Positions 39,423-52,528 are shown, numbered from the stretch's first letter. The stretch: 64,000 bases of DNA from Felis catus (GCF_018350175.1 NC_058368.1:158784001-158848000), one strand, 5' to 3'. Numbers and translations: made by a program. Notes: generated from the sequence alone by a model not told the origin.

Positions 39423-40287
39423 TCTCTCTTATGGCCCACCCTCACCAGAAACATACATGAAGGGATACCCTGGAAATGTGATTCAGCCTAGCCAAGTTGA
39501 CACATTAAGAGCCACCCAAATTACTCAGGGTACAATTCATTTATAAATGACAGAGTAAATGAATGATTCTTTGCATTAATTCACCAGCTGTCAAGATAAT
39601 GAATTGTTTCCTTATTATCCCCTGAAATTAATTAATTGATTTTTAATTATTTTTTTTTAATTTTAGAACAGTTTTAGAGTTACAGAAAATCTGTGAACTT
39701 ACTACAGAGAGTTTTCACATAATTACATATATCTCGTTTCCCTTACTATTAACATTTTACACAGTGTGGTACATTTGTTATAAGTGAGTCTTTATTGATA
39801 TGTTATTAAATAAGGTACATACTTTATTCATATTTACTTTTTTATTTTTCTACTTGGGATGTCATTCAGGATGTACCTTGTATTTAGTTATATTGTCTCC
39901 TTAGGCATTTCTTGGTTTGATGGTTTCTAAGACTTTCCTTGTTTTTAATGTCATTGACTGTTTTGAAAAGTCCTAGGCAAGTATTCTGTGAAATGTTCAT
40001 TGGTTGGGATTTTAGTATGATTTTCTTATGATTAGACTGAGATTATGTGTTTTGTGGAGGAAGATAATAAAGGTAAAGTGCCATTTTTATCAAATCCTAT
40101 TCAGGTATATGTTATCAATGTAACATACTGACGCATGTCTTCTGTCAATATGGACCTTGATCACCTGGCTGAAGCAGTGTTTGTCAGGTTTTTCCACTGT
40201 AAAGCTACTCTTTCCTCCTCTTTCCATACTATATTCCTGGGTGGGAAATCACTTTGTGCAGTCCACACTTAAGGAGGGGTAAGTTAT

Positions 40288-40490
40288 GGGACACCTGGGT
40301 GGCTCAGTTCATTAAGCATCTGACTCTTGATTTCAGCTGGGGTCATGATCTCAGTTTGTCAGTTTGAGCCCCACATTGAGCTCCATGCTGGCGGTGTGGA
40401 GCCTGTTTGGGATTCTCTCTCTCCCTCTCTCTCTGCCCCTTCTCTGCTCTCTCTCTCTATCTTTCAAAAATAAATAAATAAACTTAAATT
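40288..40490 (+). mobile_element. Can-SINE inside L1
   Basis: TSD gagggg(t/c)aagttatg. Confidence 0.94.
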
Positions 40491-41855
40491 TTTTTTTTTT
40501 TAAAAAGAGGGGCAAGTTATGCTCTACCTCTTGAGGGTGGAGTATCTATATAATTTATTTGGAATTCTGCATTGGCAATTGTCTATTCTTCCCCATTTAT
40601 TTATTAATCATTTGCTTAGATGAGTATAAAATAATGAATATTTATTTTATGCTTTGGTTATAATGCAATACTACTTTATTTTGTTGCTCAAATTGTTCTA
40701 ACTTTGGTTACTGAGAGCTCTTCAAGTTGACCCCTGTGTCTCTTTGACATAGCTACATTGTGTGTGTGTGTACGTGTGCACTTCTTTACTTTCTGGCACT
40801 ATAAGACGCTCCAGGCTCATCTTGTATAGTTCTTGCCCCAATCCTAGAAGCAGCCATTACTCCCAAGATACCTGGTTCCTTTTATTGGAGAATGGTATTG
40901 GAAAGCAAGCTTTGGGGCTAGGTCTACCATTGTGAATGGGATATCATTGCTTTTAAGCCCTCTCAGCTGACAAAGCAAGGATAGATATGTGTGTATACTA
41001 AATTGTGTAGGTACACATATTATAAAATATTTCTTTGTGTAGCCATCTATACCTATATTAAACCAAACACTAGTTCATGCTGTTGTCTTAGAATCTACTG
41101 CATTACCATATGGATATTCTAGACTTCTCCCTTCACTTATCTACATCCTACCATTCTAAAAATGGGAAACCTGGGTCCACTCATTTCCAAAGCTACTTAG
41201 GTTAACACCTTTTCCCCCTCCCCCTTTAGTGAGGTTGTTTCACACATTTGTAATATAATTAGGTTCTTTCATCACAATCTGCATTGTATTCTGAGACCAT
41301 GTGACACCTTAAATGATTTTTCAAAAAAAATTGTGTATATGAAGTTTCACTTTGTATGCTAAATAGTTCAATTAGATTTAACAAACGCTTAACATCTTGT
41401 ATTTGCCATTACAATTTCATACAGAGTAGTTTCACCTAATTAATCCTCCTCACCCACTTGAGCTTCTGGCAACCACTGATATGGTTATCATCTTTATAGT
41501 TTTGTCTTTTCCATGTTGTCACATAAATAAAATCATAAAGTATGCAGCCTTTTCAGACTGGCTTCTTTCAAATAGCAATACACATGTAAGATTCATTCAT
41601 AACTTTTCAATGGCGTTTTAGATCTTCTTTTTTTTAATCGTTCATTAACCATCATTGTATGTATAGACCAGAGTTTTTTCTTACACTCATTTATTGAAAA
41701 ACATCTTGGTTGCCTACAGGTTTTATTAATTATGAATTAAACTGATATAAACATTTGTGTGCACTTTTTTGTGTAGATGCGTTTTCAAATCAGTTATGTA
41801 AAAAATACACAGTAATGTAATTGCTGGATTGTGTAGTAAAGCTGTATTCAGCTTT

Positions 41856-42851
41856 AAGATTTATTATTTAGCTATAATTGACATAGAGCATTATATTTGT
41901 TTCAGGTCTACAACATAATGATATCTGTATATATTGTGAAATGATCACCACAGTAAGCCTAGTTAACATCCATCATCATATATAGTTACAAATTTTTTTT
42001 CTTGTGATGAAACTTTTAGGAACTACTCTTTTAGCAAGATTCAAATATGTAATATTATTACCTATAGTCACCATGTTTTATATTATATTCCCATAACTTA
42101 TTTCTTTTGTAGCTGAACATTTGCATTTTAACCCCCTTTACTCATTTTACCCAACCCCCTCCGCCTCTGGTGACCACTGATCTGTTCTCTGTATCTATGC
42201 ACTCATTTTTTGAGGGGGGGTGGTGGGAATTGTACATATTAGTGAAATCATATGGTATTTGTCTTTCTTTGTTTGACTTATTTCACTTAGCATAATGCCC
42301 GAAAGGTCCATCCGTATTGTCACAAATGGCAAGCTTTCCTTCTTTCTTACGGCTGAATAATAGTCCAGTGTGTGTGTGTGTGTGTGTGTGTTTCCTATTT
42401 TCTCTTTCCATCAATGGATACTAGGCTGTTGCTTCCCTATTTTGGCCCTGGTAAACAATGAACATGGGGGTGCATACATCTTTTCAAGTTAATGTTTTCA
42501 TTTTCTTTGGAAAACTTGCTTGATCATACGGTGGTTCCATTTTTCATTTTTTGAGGAAGTTCCATACTGTTTCTCCTAGTGGCTGCACCAATCTACATTT
42601 CTCACCACCAGTGCATGAGGGTTCTCTTTTCTTCATATTCTCAAACAACATTTGTTATTTCTTGTCTTTTTGATTCTTGCCATTCTAACAGGTGTGAGGT
42701 GATATTGCATTGTGGTTTTGGTTTGCATTTCCCTGATATTTAGTGATGTTTAACACCTTTTCATGTACATGTTTGGTTATCTATATGTTTTCTTTGGAAA
42801 AGATCCTCTGCCCATGTTTCAATCAGATTGTTTTCTTTGGTATAGAGTTCC
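41856..42851 (-). mobile_element. L1MA/carnivore-type L1 3' end nested in an older L1
   Basis: gacttatttcacttagcataatgccc..ggtgtgaggtgatattgcattgtgg; TSD tgtattcagcttt / tatgttcagcttt. Confidence 0.88.
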
Positions 42852-43185
42852 TATGTTCAGCTTTGTCAGAAATTGCCAAACTATCTTCCAAAGAGGCTGT
42901 ACCATTTTGCAATCCCACCAGTAACAGATGAAAATTCATGTTGCTCTTCATCCTTGACAACATTTGGTGTGGTCACATTTTTGGATTTTAGTTTCTAATA
43001 GGGTATACTGGTGTATTATTGTTATTTTAGTTTGCAATTCTTTAGTGACAAATGTTGTTGATCATCTTTTCATATTCCTATTAGCTATCTGTATATATTC
43101 TCTGGTGAGATCTTTTGCTTATTTTTTAAATGGTTTGTTTATTTTCTTATTGTTGAGTTTTAAGTCTTTTGCTCAGCTTAAAAAT

Positions 43186-43405
43186 CTTTTTTTTTTTTTA
43201 CATTTATTTATTTTTGAGAGACAGAGAGAGAGACAGAGCACAAGTTGGGGAGGGGCAGAGAGAGAAGGAGACACAGAATACAAAGCAGGCTCCAGGCTCG
43301 GAGCTGTCAGTACAGAGCCGGACGCGGGGCTCGAACCCACAAACTGTGAGATCATGACCTGAGCCGAAGTCGAATGCTCAACCGACTGAGCCACCCTGGC
43401 ACCCC
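43186..43405 (-). mobile_element. Can-SINE
   Basis: CpG-containing antisense body. Confidence 0.95.
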
Positions 43406-43586
43406 CTTTTTTAAAATTTTTTTTTTTTTTTACATTTAGACTTTTGCTCAGTTTTAAAGATTTGTTAACAAGAAACCTGAATACAGGAAGGGTAAAAAGA
43501 GAAGTAAATGGAGAAGTTGAGGATGTAACAAATATTTCTTTGGTTGGTTTGTTTGCTTGTATGTGTCTTAAGAATCAAACATATGA

Positions 43587-43735
43587 GGGTTGCCTAGGTG
43601 GCTCAGTCGATTGAGCACCTGACTCTTGATTTTGGCTCAGGTCATGATGTCATTGATGGTGAGATGGAACCCCACCCCATGTTGGTCTCCATGCTGGGTG
43701 TAAAGTCTGCTAAAGATTCTCTTGAAAGAAAGAAA

Positions 43736-43797
<62 letters not shown>
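43587..43797 (+). mobile_element. Can-SINE with (GAAA)n tail
   Basis: gggttgcctaggtggctcagtcg head; (GAAA)n at 43724-43797. Confidence 0.92.
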
Positions 43798-43798
<1 letters not shown>

Positions 43799-43938
43799 GG
43801 CCATTTATGGCCCTTTCATGGTGCCTCAGAAGTGAGTTAGGGAGTTTGGGAGTCAGTATTGGAAGAGCACCCCCTCTTTCTGAGAAGAAAAATGAATGAT
43901 AAAGCAGAGTAGTCAAATAGAGAACCTGGCATTAAAGG

Positions 43939-44410
43939 TGTGACCAAACCAACACAAGCTCGCTTTTTGGTGAGTCTATAGATACACCAGGTGGATCTAA
44001 CACAAGGTCAACTATATTTGCAGCAAATGAGGAGATCACTGGGAATAGCTTCCAACCCTTGAGTCCTCCAGAGAACGTGAATGGGTACCTTTTGTTTAGG
44101 GTTAGGATGAAAGTTACAGAGGGAAGCCTTGTCATTGTAGGTAGAGGAGGGCATAAGGTCTTATATGCGCCTTAAAGAAACAGGCCTAGATGTACATTGT
44201 ATGTTATGTAAAGGAGGTTGAGGCTCCCTCCCTGGGGAGAGATTTTAGTATCACAATGAGGTATAGGTAATTGCAGACCATTTCAGTGGTGATTCCATGG
44301 TCCATCTGCGGAGGCATGAGATGGAGGTTTTATTTCAAATGATCAGGGTGGCCTGGAACAGAGGCAGGTCTTGTCAAGGCACTCACTTTCACCTAAGGGG
44401 TGGTTTCACC
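43939..44410 (-). mobile_element. Probable ERV solo LTR
   Basis: Higher-GC block with TG...CA-type ends (tgtgacc ... tggtttca) and LTR-like composition; no clear TSD. Confidence 0.45.
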
Positions 44411-44909
44411 TTTCACTTGTCTGAGTTAAGAGGCAAACTGGAAAGAAGAGATTAAGAAAAAAAGAAATAAGACAAAGGTTAGTAAGTACAAGCAGGTGGG
44501 CAGTTAAAGTCAGGTCTTGGGGTCTGGCTGATGACAAAGGTGGAGGAGAAGGAAATGCTTTTTGGAGGACATAGATAACCACTATGATGTGAGGTTGCTG
44601 ATGACAAGAAATTAAATCAGAACTTGGGCTAAAACATCTGGGCTTGATCCCTGCCGCTTCTACCAGTATCAGTGTCAGCAACCACTTCAACCTCCCAACT
44701 CCTAGAACAGCAGAGCTTCTGAAAACATTTCCAAGTCATAGGAATTTCTTGCCTTCATCAAGCCAGTCAGGTAAAATTTTAGGGAACATTATGATCTGGA
44801 CTTGTTCTACCAGTTTACTTCTTTTATTTATTTACTTTTATTCTGAACAAAAACAAAGGTCATTTTCTCTCTCTCTTAAAAACCTAAAAAGAGATTGAAA
44901 ACCTTTTTG

Positions 44910-45138
44910 TTTTTTTTTTTTAATTTTTTTTTCAACGTTTTTTATTTATTTTTGGGACAGAGAGAGACAGAGCATGAACGGGGGAGGGGCAGAGAGAGAG
45001 GGAGACACAGAATCGGAAACAGGCTCCAGGCTCCGAGCCATCAGCCCAGAGCCCGACGCAGGGCTCGAACTCACGGACCGCGAGATCATGACCTGGCTGA
45101 AGTCGGACGCTTAACCGACTGCGCCACCCAGGTGCCCC
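44910..45138 (-). mobile_element. Can-SINE (very young SINEC_Fc-like)
   Basis: Perfect TSD tgaaaacctttttg at 44896-44909 and 45139-45152. Confidence 0.97.
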
Positions 45139-45877
45139 TGAAAACCTTTTTGGATCTCTGACCTATACTGTTATGTTTAGCCAAAAATCATTAGGGCTTA
45201 GATAATTCTTTAAATGTTGCTTTTAAGTAATGGTAGAGATAAAAAGTACTGATATAAAGTATTTTTTTTTTAGAAAATAGTCCTATGTTAGATAAGTGTA
45301 ATATTCATAGATAAAGAATATATTCTATCCAAGTTTTATTTTTTAGGGTGTTCTCTTCATACAAAGCATATTTGAATTATAGGTAACAGGTCCTGTACTG
45401 TATGCTATATGCAGTAAGGAATACAGTCAAAATTTTATTTTGGGGGGATAAACAATTCAGAATCTATATACTCATAACATGTCTTATATTTTGATTTATT
45501 TTGTCCCTTAAACCTAAAATTTGAGAGGCTATTTTCCTTATTCCACATAGCATATATCATGTTATCTATTACCTATAATTCAAATGTGCATTTTATGAAG
45601 AAAAAATGTCCATGGGAATAGTATTTTTATAGTATTTTTATTGTCCTGGACAATAATAGCAGTTAACAAAGGTGTTTTATTCCTGAATCTTGGTCTTATC
45701 TCTTAGCTTAGTTTTATGACTTTTAACCTTTTATGCTATTAATTTTTCATCTCAAAAATGAAGTTACTATCTACCTGTCTCCCATATACAATAATCTTGG
45801 ATATAAAATAGTATTATGTCAGTAAAAATCCCTATGGAAGGCTTTTATATCTCTTTGAGAGATAAAAATGACATTTT

Positions 45878-46087
45878 AAAATATGTTTATTTATTTTGAC
45901 AGAGAGAGAGAGTGTGTGTGGGTAAGTAGGGGAGGGGCAGAGAGAGAGGAGAGAGAGAATCCCAAGCAGGCTCCATGCTGTCAGCACAGAGCCGGAAGCA
46001 GGGCTTGATCCCATGAACCATGAGATCATGACCTGAGCCAAAATCAAGAGTCAGATGCTTAACTGACTGAGCCACCCAGATGCCCCC
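45878..46087 (-). mobile_element. Can-SINE (tandem pair, left)
   Basis: Antisense body. Confidence 0.94.
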
Positions 46088-46097
46088 AAAACATTTT

Positions 46098-46108
46098 GGG
46101 TTTTTTTT

Positions 46109-46150
<42 letters not shown>

Positions 46151-46321
46151 ATGCACAAGTGGGGGAGAGACCAAGAGGGAGGGAGACAGAATCCCAAGCA
46201 GACTTCATGCTGCCAGAACAGAACCTGATGTGGGACTGGAACTCACAAACTGTTAGATCATGACCTGAGCCAAAATCAAGAGTCAGACGCTTAACCGATT
46301 TAGCCACCCAGGCATCCCCCC
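46098..46321 (-). mobile_element. Can-SINE (tandem pair, right)
   Basis: Antisense body with (GA)n; outer TSD aaaatgacatttt. Confidence 0.94.
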
Positions 46322-46515
46322 AAAATGACATTTTTAATGACAGTCTATATAAGGCCATGATTTGAGTCACAGACTTTCAGGTCCATGGAAGAGTAAGATG
46401 TCAGTTTAACATAAATTCTCCCAGATATTTTACAGCAGGGAATCCTAAGGTTGATTTCTACCTAGTTAGAGAATGCTTTTGAAATTAATTTGTTGGGAAT
46501 TAACATAAAATTTTA

Positions 46516-46741
46516 TTTTATTTTATTATATTTTTTTTCAACGTTTATTTATTTTTGGGACAGAGAGAGACAGAGCATGAACAGGGGAGGGGCAGAGAGA
46601 GAGGGAGACACAGAATCGGAAACAGGCTCCAGGCTCTGAGCCATCAGCCCAGAGCCTGACGCGGGGCTCGAACTCACGGACTGCGAGATCGTGACCTGGC
46701 TGAAGTCAGACGCTTAACCGACTGCGCCACCCAGGCGCCCC
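46516..46741 (-). mobile_element. Can-SINE (very young SINEC_Fc-like)
   Basis: CpG-rich; TSD aaaattttatttt. Confidence 0.97.
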
Positions 46742-46959
46742 AAAATTTTATTTTTTATAAGTAATTTTTATTGGGTAGTATAAAATTAATTACTTTTCAG
46801 GTCTCAAAAATATTTTAGATAGAAATTATGAAGTATACCATGTTGACATAAAAAAATCCAAAAGGGCATTTCTAGTTTCCATTGTGTCAAGTGGGTGACC
46901 TTTTGAATCTGAAATAAAACAAATTGACAATGACAGCTTCAGATTTTCACTGATCTCTC

Positions 46960-47620
46960 TTGAAAAACATTATTGCCGATTGTATCTTAGCAGAAGTGCT
47001 TCTTAAAAATATTATGAATTATTCATGAAAAATCACTTCATCTCATAGTGTACCTGCTGAGAAGGTTTTGCATTGCCTATTAAGTATATGCAAAAGCTGT
47101 GCAATTAAACCTTCAATATCAGATTTATTTTGCTTTGCTAATACCCTGTAATGCATCATAGGAAGGGCAATGACAAACATGTATTTGAATTCATAGATCA
47201 TTAAAAAATTAATTAGTGCTTGAAAAGGTCACAGAAAAGATCAAAGGAAGACTTGCTGTGGCATTTAAACAGAGATTTAAATGGTGAGGGATATACTTTT
47301 TTCTTTTGATACATACTCTTGTCCATTGCATTTGTATTCTTAATATTATTTAGAACAGTTCATACCTCTGCACCCAAGTTGTACAGCACTTGCACTGATG
47401 ATAGCCTACAGAAGCAATCACAGCAGACAGGGCCCCACATTGTCTATTCATGAAATGTCTGGCACTAGTGGGTATCTCATTAGTTGATCAAAAAGGCAGA
47501 AGAAAGAGCTCATGAGCAGAAGTTTAAAAACTCAATGATTTTATACAGAAGGCGTGAGCATCCTCAAACGACCTTTTAGTTTAAAGATCAAAGTAGATAA
47601 AATGAAGGTGAGGTTTTTAC
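46960..47620. promoter_or_regulatory. Candidate intronic enhancer (TCF/LEF, homeodomain and nuclear-receptor motifs)
   Basis: Repeat-free block with AGATCAAAGG (47238-47247), AGATCAAAG (47585-47593), TAATTA (~47210) and AAAGGTCA (47224-47231). Confidence 0.3.
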
Positions 47621-48355
47621 TACAAAACATATTCCTACAAAAAATTCTCATCCATAAATATATTTTATTTTGCAGTATGTAATACATAGACTCAAAACTT
47701 AGCATATTTCTTTTAGCAATTAGACTTGTGTAACAAAAATAATTTCTCTGGTGCCAGTCTCTGTAAGTATATTTTAAGATATGGGCTTCTGTTTTATTTG
47801 CCTTATAGATATTCCTTCACTTTTGCATTCTTTCATTTATTTGGGTTTAATCATTTCTTTTATTCAACAAGTTTATTGTGTACAAATTATCTTTTAATTA
47901 TTGTGCTAGGTTCTAGTGGATCTAGGGATGAAAGTGGGTCCCTACCTTTAAGAAGTTCAAGGTTACTGGAAGAGATAGACTTATAAATTTACAGTTATAT
48001 TGCAGTTTGGTAAATGCAATGATTGATATGTGTCCGGAATGTTTTGGGAACTTAAAAGTGAGGCACCTATACCTCCAGGTGCTGGAGCAATGCCAGTGAA
48101 GACTACCCAGAGAAAGTTGAACTTGAGGATATCTTGAAAGGTGAGAATGAGTTAGCTACATGGTAAGGAGGAAGAGGATATTCTAAGGAGAAATACAACA
48201 TGCATAGAGGCAAGACACAGCATTTCACCTTCAGGAAACTGCTTTTAGGGTGAAAGCGGGGTTATGATGGGAGATATTATTGGGGTCTGGATCATGTAGT
48301 ATCTGGTACTCTTGGACTTTGTCTTGTGGCAGCAGTAGGCCATTGGAGGACTTTA

Positions 48356-48571
48356 TGTATGTATGTATGTATGTATGTATGTATGTATGTTTATTCTGAG
48401 AGAGAAAGTGTGTGAAAGGGGGAAGGGCAGAGAGATGGAGACTGAGTGAGGATCCAAAGCAGGATCTGTGCTGATAGCAAAGAGCCTTATGCAGGGCTCA
48501 AATCCATGACTGTGAGATCACGAGCTGAGTTGAAGTAAGACACTTAACCGACTGAGCCCCCCAGGCACCCT
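48356..48571 (-). mobile_element. Can-SINE with (TATG)n tail inside an L2 remnant
   Basis: TSD ccattggaggacttta. Confidence 0.94.
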
Positions 48572-49397
48572 GTCCATTGGAGGACTTTAAACTGGCAGAC
48601 AGTGATCAGAATTGCCATCTTAAAAGTTCATTCTAGAGCAAATAGGAGGTTAGATTGGAGGAGGAACTGAAAGTAGGAAAATAATTATAGTAATCAATTA
48701 CTGACTGCTTCGATTAGATCAACAGCAGGAAGGATAATAAGGAAAGAACATATTTGAAACGTATTTCAAAGTGTAACTAACAGGACTTGGTGACAAATTG
48801 TAGGACAATTGTAGGACTGAGGATCTTAGAATGACTTACAAATATTTGGCAATGGAGGCAATAATTTCCTTCAACATGGGATCTACAGAAAGAGGAACAG
48901 ACAATAGCTGAGACCTGCCAAATTCTGCTCAACAGTTGTACCATAAAACAACAGCTAATTTTATCAGCAAATTACAAAAGTGGAAAGAAAATTGTATTTT
49001 GAGGAGCCTGGATTATATTTCTAGTTCTTGAAGAAGCTTAATGCATAAACTTGTAAGCCACTTAAATATTATGAGCCTCAATTTACCTTCAGATGCAAAA
49101 ATAGGGAGGTTGGGTTACATGGTTTCTAGAAATGTTTCAACACCAGGATTTTAATGATGGAAAATTTCCATATCAACAATCTCAAGCAAATACATCTTTG
49201 CTCCTAAATAACCATCCAGAAAACAATGGCCCATGATAAATTTTGGGAACCAAGAAGACAGGGCTGGGGAGTATTTGGGTCTCTGTCTGGTAATCTTTTC
49301 TTTTACTCTTTTTAGTAGCTGAACAGCTTTTCTGCCAAAAGCAAGGTCTGGATATATGGATCATGATAGACACAAACTTTGTTCCCTTAGCTCATTT

Positions 49398-49619
49398 TTT
49401 TTAAATTTTTTTTTTTCAACATTTATTTATTTTTGGGACAGAGAGAGACAGAGCATGAACGGGGGAGGGGCAGAGAGAGAGGGAGACACAGAATCGGAAG
49501 CAGGCTGCAGGCTCCGAGCCATCAGCCCAGAGCCCGACGCGGGGCTCAAACTCACGGACCGCGAGATCGTGACCTGGCTGAAGTCGGACGCTTAACCGAC
49601 TGCGCCACCCAGGCGCCCC
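49398..49619 (-). mobile_element. Can-SINE (very young SINEC_Fc-like)
   Basis: CpG-rich; TSD cccttagctcattttt. Confidence 0.97.
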
Positions 49620-52528
49620 AGCCCTTAGCTCATTTTTATTTCTAGATTCTGCAGCTTTTCTATTTTAACAAGATAATAATTATCTGACACATTATACTCG
49701 TATTGGTAGCTGCTTAATTCCCTCTTTGCATTAATCAATTAACTTAAGTTGAAGTTGAGAGGCATATTTGTTATGGTGACTGAATCCTGGAGTCAGCCTG
49801 GCCTTCTCCCTAGAGGCCTTGGGTCACTGTGGTCTCATTGGTAAACATGTTTACAGGAAATCTTTAAAGTTTCCTACTTTTGGAGGTGACTGTATTTATC
49901 TCTTTCCTATTGGGTCTTCTTTTTCATCTCAGAAGGTGATCCTTGATTCTTGGTTGTACCCTTTGTAAAGCTTTTAGACCATGTTTTTTGTTTATTTGTT
50001 TGTTTGTTTTTTGCATACCCCCATGGCCCATGACCCATGAGTTGTATCTTATACCCCATGGATGCTTAAGAATCTGATCAATAAAATACTTCTAGTATTT
50101 TATTTTGAAGATGGTTTATATTTTGAAGCAATGAAATAATTACATATAGATAAAAATAAGTATATAAAACAGAAATATACTAGTATTTAAACTAACTTTA
50201 TATGATTTTTCTTAAAAGTGAAGGAGTTCTAGGGTAGACTCAGGAATACTTTTCAACACATTCCCTTCTGCCATACATGTCAAAGTTATTTTACAATTTA
50301 GTAGAAAGCTCCAGACTATTGGAAAGGTTTTCTTAACCTTCCCTTACTAAATCCGAATGAATTTGTTTACTCTTATTTGTAACAACCTCATTGCATGTAC
50401 TTATCATATTATCTTGAGCTTTTTCAGACTCTGTTAATGGATTTTTGAAGTGGAGGTAGAAGACAGCTTTTCTCTTTTGTGACTTCAAAAGGGTATAAAT
50501 ATTGCTGATTGCTAAAAACTACTTAACATGTAATAAATTGGACTTTGTTTTTACTTATAACTTTATCAGGAATATTAGTAGTAACTCATAAAATAAAATG
50601 AAGAAAACCCCTTGAGGCATTTAATAATGTATCTCTATTGTAAAACACAGCCTAATGAAATAAAAACAAGCAAACAAACAAAAAAGCCTTACATTCCCAT
50701 CTGTTAAAACATCGTGTAATGTTCATATATAATGAAACAAAATCATCCTATTGTGCCTGACATATGTCAAAGCTGTATGTTGATTCATTTGGAATGAACA
50801 ACATTTTTGAGGCTTAGGCTCTTGATAGAAAATGCCCTTCTTTCCCGCTTAACCACAGGATGCAGTTCTGAAGGCTTCAGAATTGTCATGACAGGGTATG
50901 GAACAACAGATGGTCCCTTAGGCAGACTAATCTTATGTTATTTAATACCAAAAGCAAAACTGTCAACTGTTTCAGGGAAAACATAGAACTCAGGACTGAA
51001 GAATTGATGAGTAAACATGAAAGAAATTGATTTTGAAATATTTAGTTTGAAATATATTTTAATTTTTCAGTCTAAACACACATTGTTACTGATTTGAAAT
51101 TCTAAACCACTGTTTGGATTTTATAAATAAGTCCTTCGGAAATTGCTGGGAAGAAAACTCTCTCAGGCTTTTCACTAACAATTTTTAAATGACCCCCCCC
51201 CGCCCCCGCCACGCCAAAAAAAAAAAAAAAAAAAGAATTGTAACGTTAGTTTGAGTTATTGTTTGAGTGTTAGTGTGTTTGAGCACTGGGTCAAAAGAAG
51301 TAACCTTTACAGAAATTTAATAAATGCATTTGGAGCCTATGACATTTTCACAGAATTTGACATACAGTAGGTTCATCTTGGACCTCTCTAAGCAAGTTTA
51401 ATTGCTTATTTAAGGATAGAATTTCATTATACTCATAATGTTATGGTGAGATTCCACTATGAAATACTTTTGTTCTTTACAAATAGGCATTCTGCTTTTC
51501 ATTAAAATTTCTTTTTTAATATAAAAGTATTCATAAAATTTAAAATATGTCTGCCTTATGGAAAGTACAAATGGTATAAATATTTATAATGCAGGAAATA
51601 AACTTCTTCTAATCCTACTCCTCAGACATTATTACCATTGCCAATTAGATGAATTGCCATTCACCTTTCTCTCCTACACATGCAATATATGTGTGTTTAC
51701 ATACACATAGTTTTTTAAACTAAAATATAGTAGTGTTGGAAATACTGTTTTGAAGTTTGGCATATCAAAAGTTTTAAATCAATCAAATTGAAAGATTTCA
51801 ATCTATGGCCAAAACAAACAAACAAAACTTATATTATTTTCTAAGGGTTTGTCGTATGGAGGAAAATGAAAAAGAGAGCTATTTTGGTTGTCTTTCACTT
51901 TACAATAAAATTTCTTGTAGAGATCAGTGAAACAAATGATGAGAAAAATATTATCATAAATAGTTTTAAACCCATTTATTTAACTAATAAAATTAAATCA
52001 TATTATATGTGAAGCACTGTGCCATGTTTCAGGTGTTCAGGAATAAAAGGCATGATCTGGGTCATAAGCAACTAATAATCTAGTAAGATGGAAAGAAGGA
52101 AAAAAAACAATTACAGAAGAGTGCTAAGTAGAGAGCCATGGAAACACAGAAGCAGGGCATCCAAACCAGTAGACATAAATAAGGAAGAGTTCCTAAAGTT
52201 TAAATATTTTCAGCTTTGAGTATTTGCAGGACCTCTAGAAAATTTAGTACAATAGTTAAGATTGCTTTCCCTTTTATAAGCTCTGTGTCCTTGGGTGAAC
52301 ACTCTTAGTCTCAGTTTTCTCATCTCTAAAGCAAAGATAATGATGGTACTTGCTTACAATTATTGTGAAGAATAGATGAATTCATATATTTAAAAATTTA
52401 GAACTGTGCCTATTCTAGGCTGCATATGCATGATGAGTACTTAATAGATACTATTCACTATTTGAAGCTCAGTTAGCCATTAGGAAGTAGCATATATGAG
52501 TCTGTTGCTTAAGAAGGAGATGGGGATT

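Larger units (their letters stand above)
39645..43170 (-). mobile_element. Old L1M (L1MB/MC-like) 3' region interrupted by a younger L1 and by SINEs
   Basis: ttttagaacagttttagagttacagaaaa 3' terminus, cttctggcaaccactgat, ttcagactggcttctttca; resumes after 42864 with ccattttgcaatcccaccag. Confidence 0.85.

Noticed and set aside
47150..47190. Possible micro-exon catag|GAAGGGCAATGACAAACAT|gtattt
   Set aside because: Weak polypyrimidine tract and weak donor
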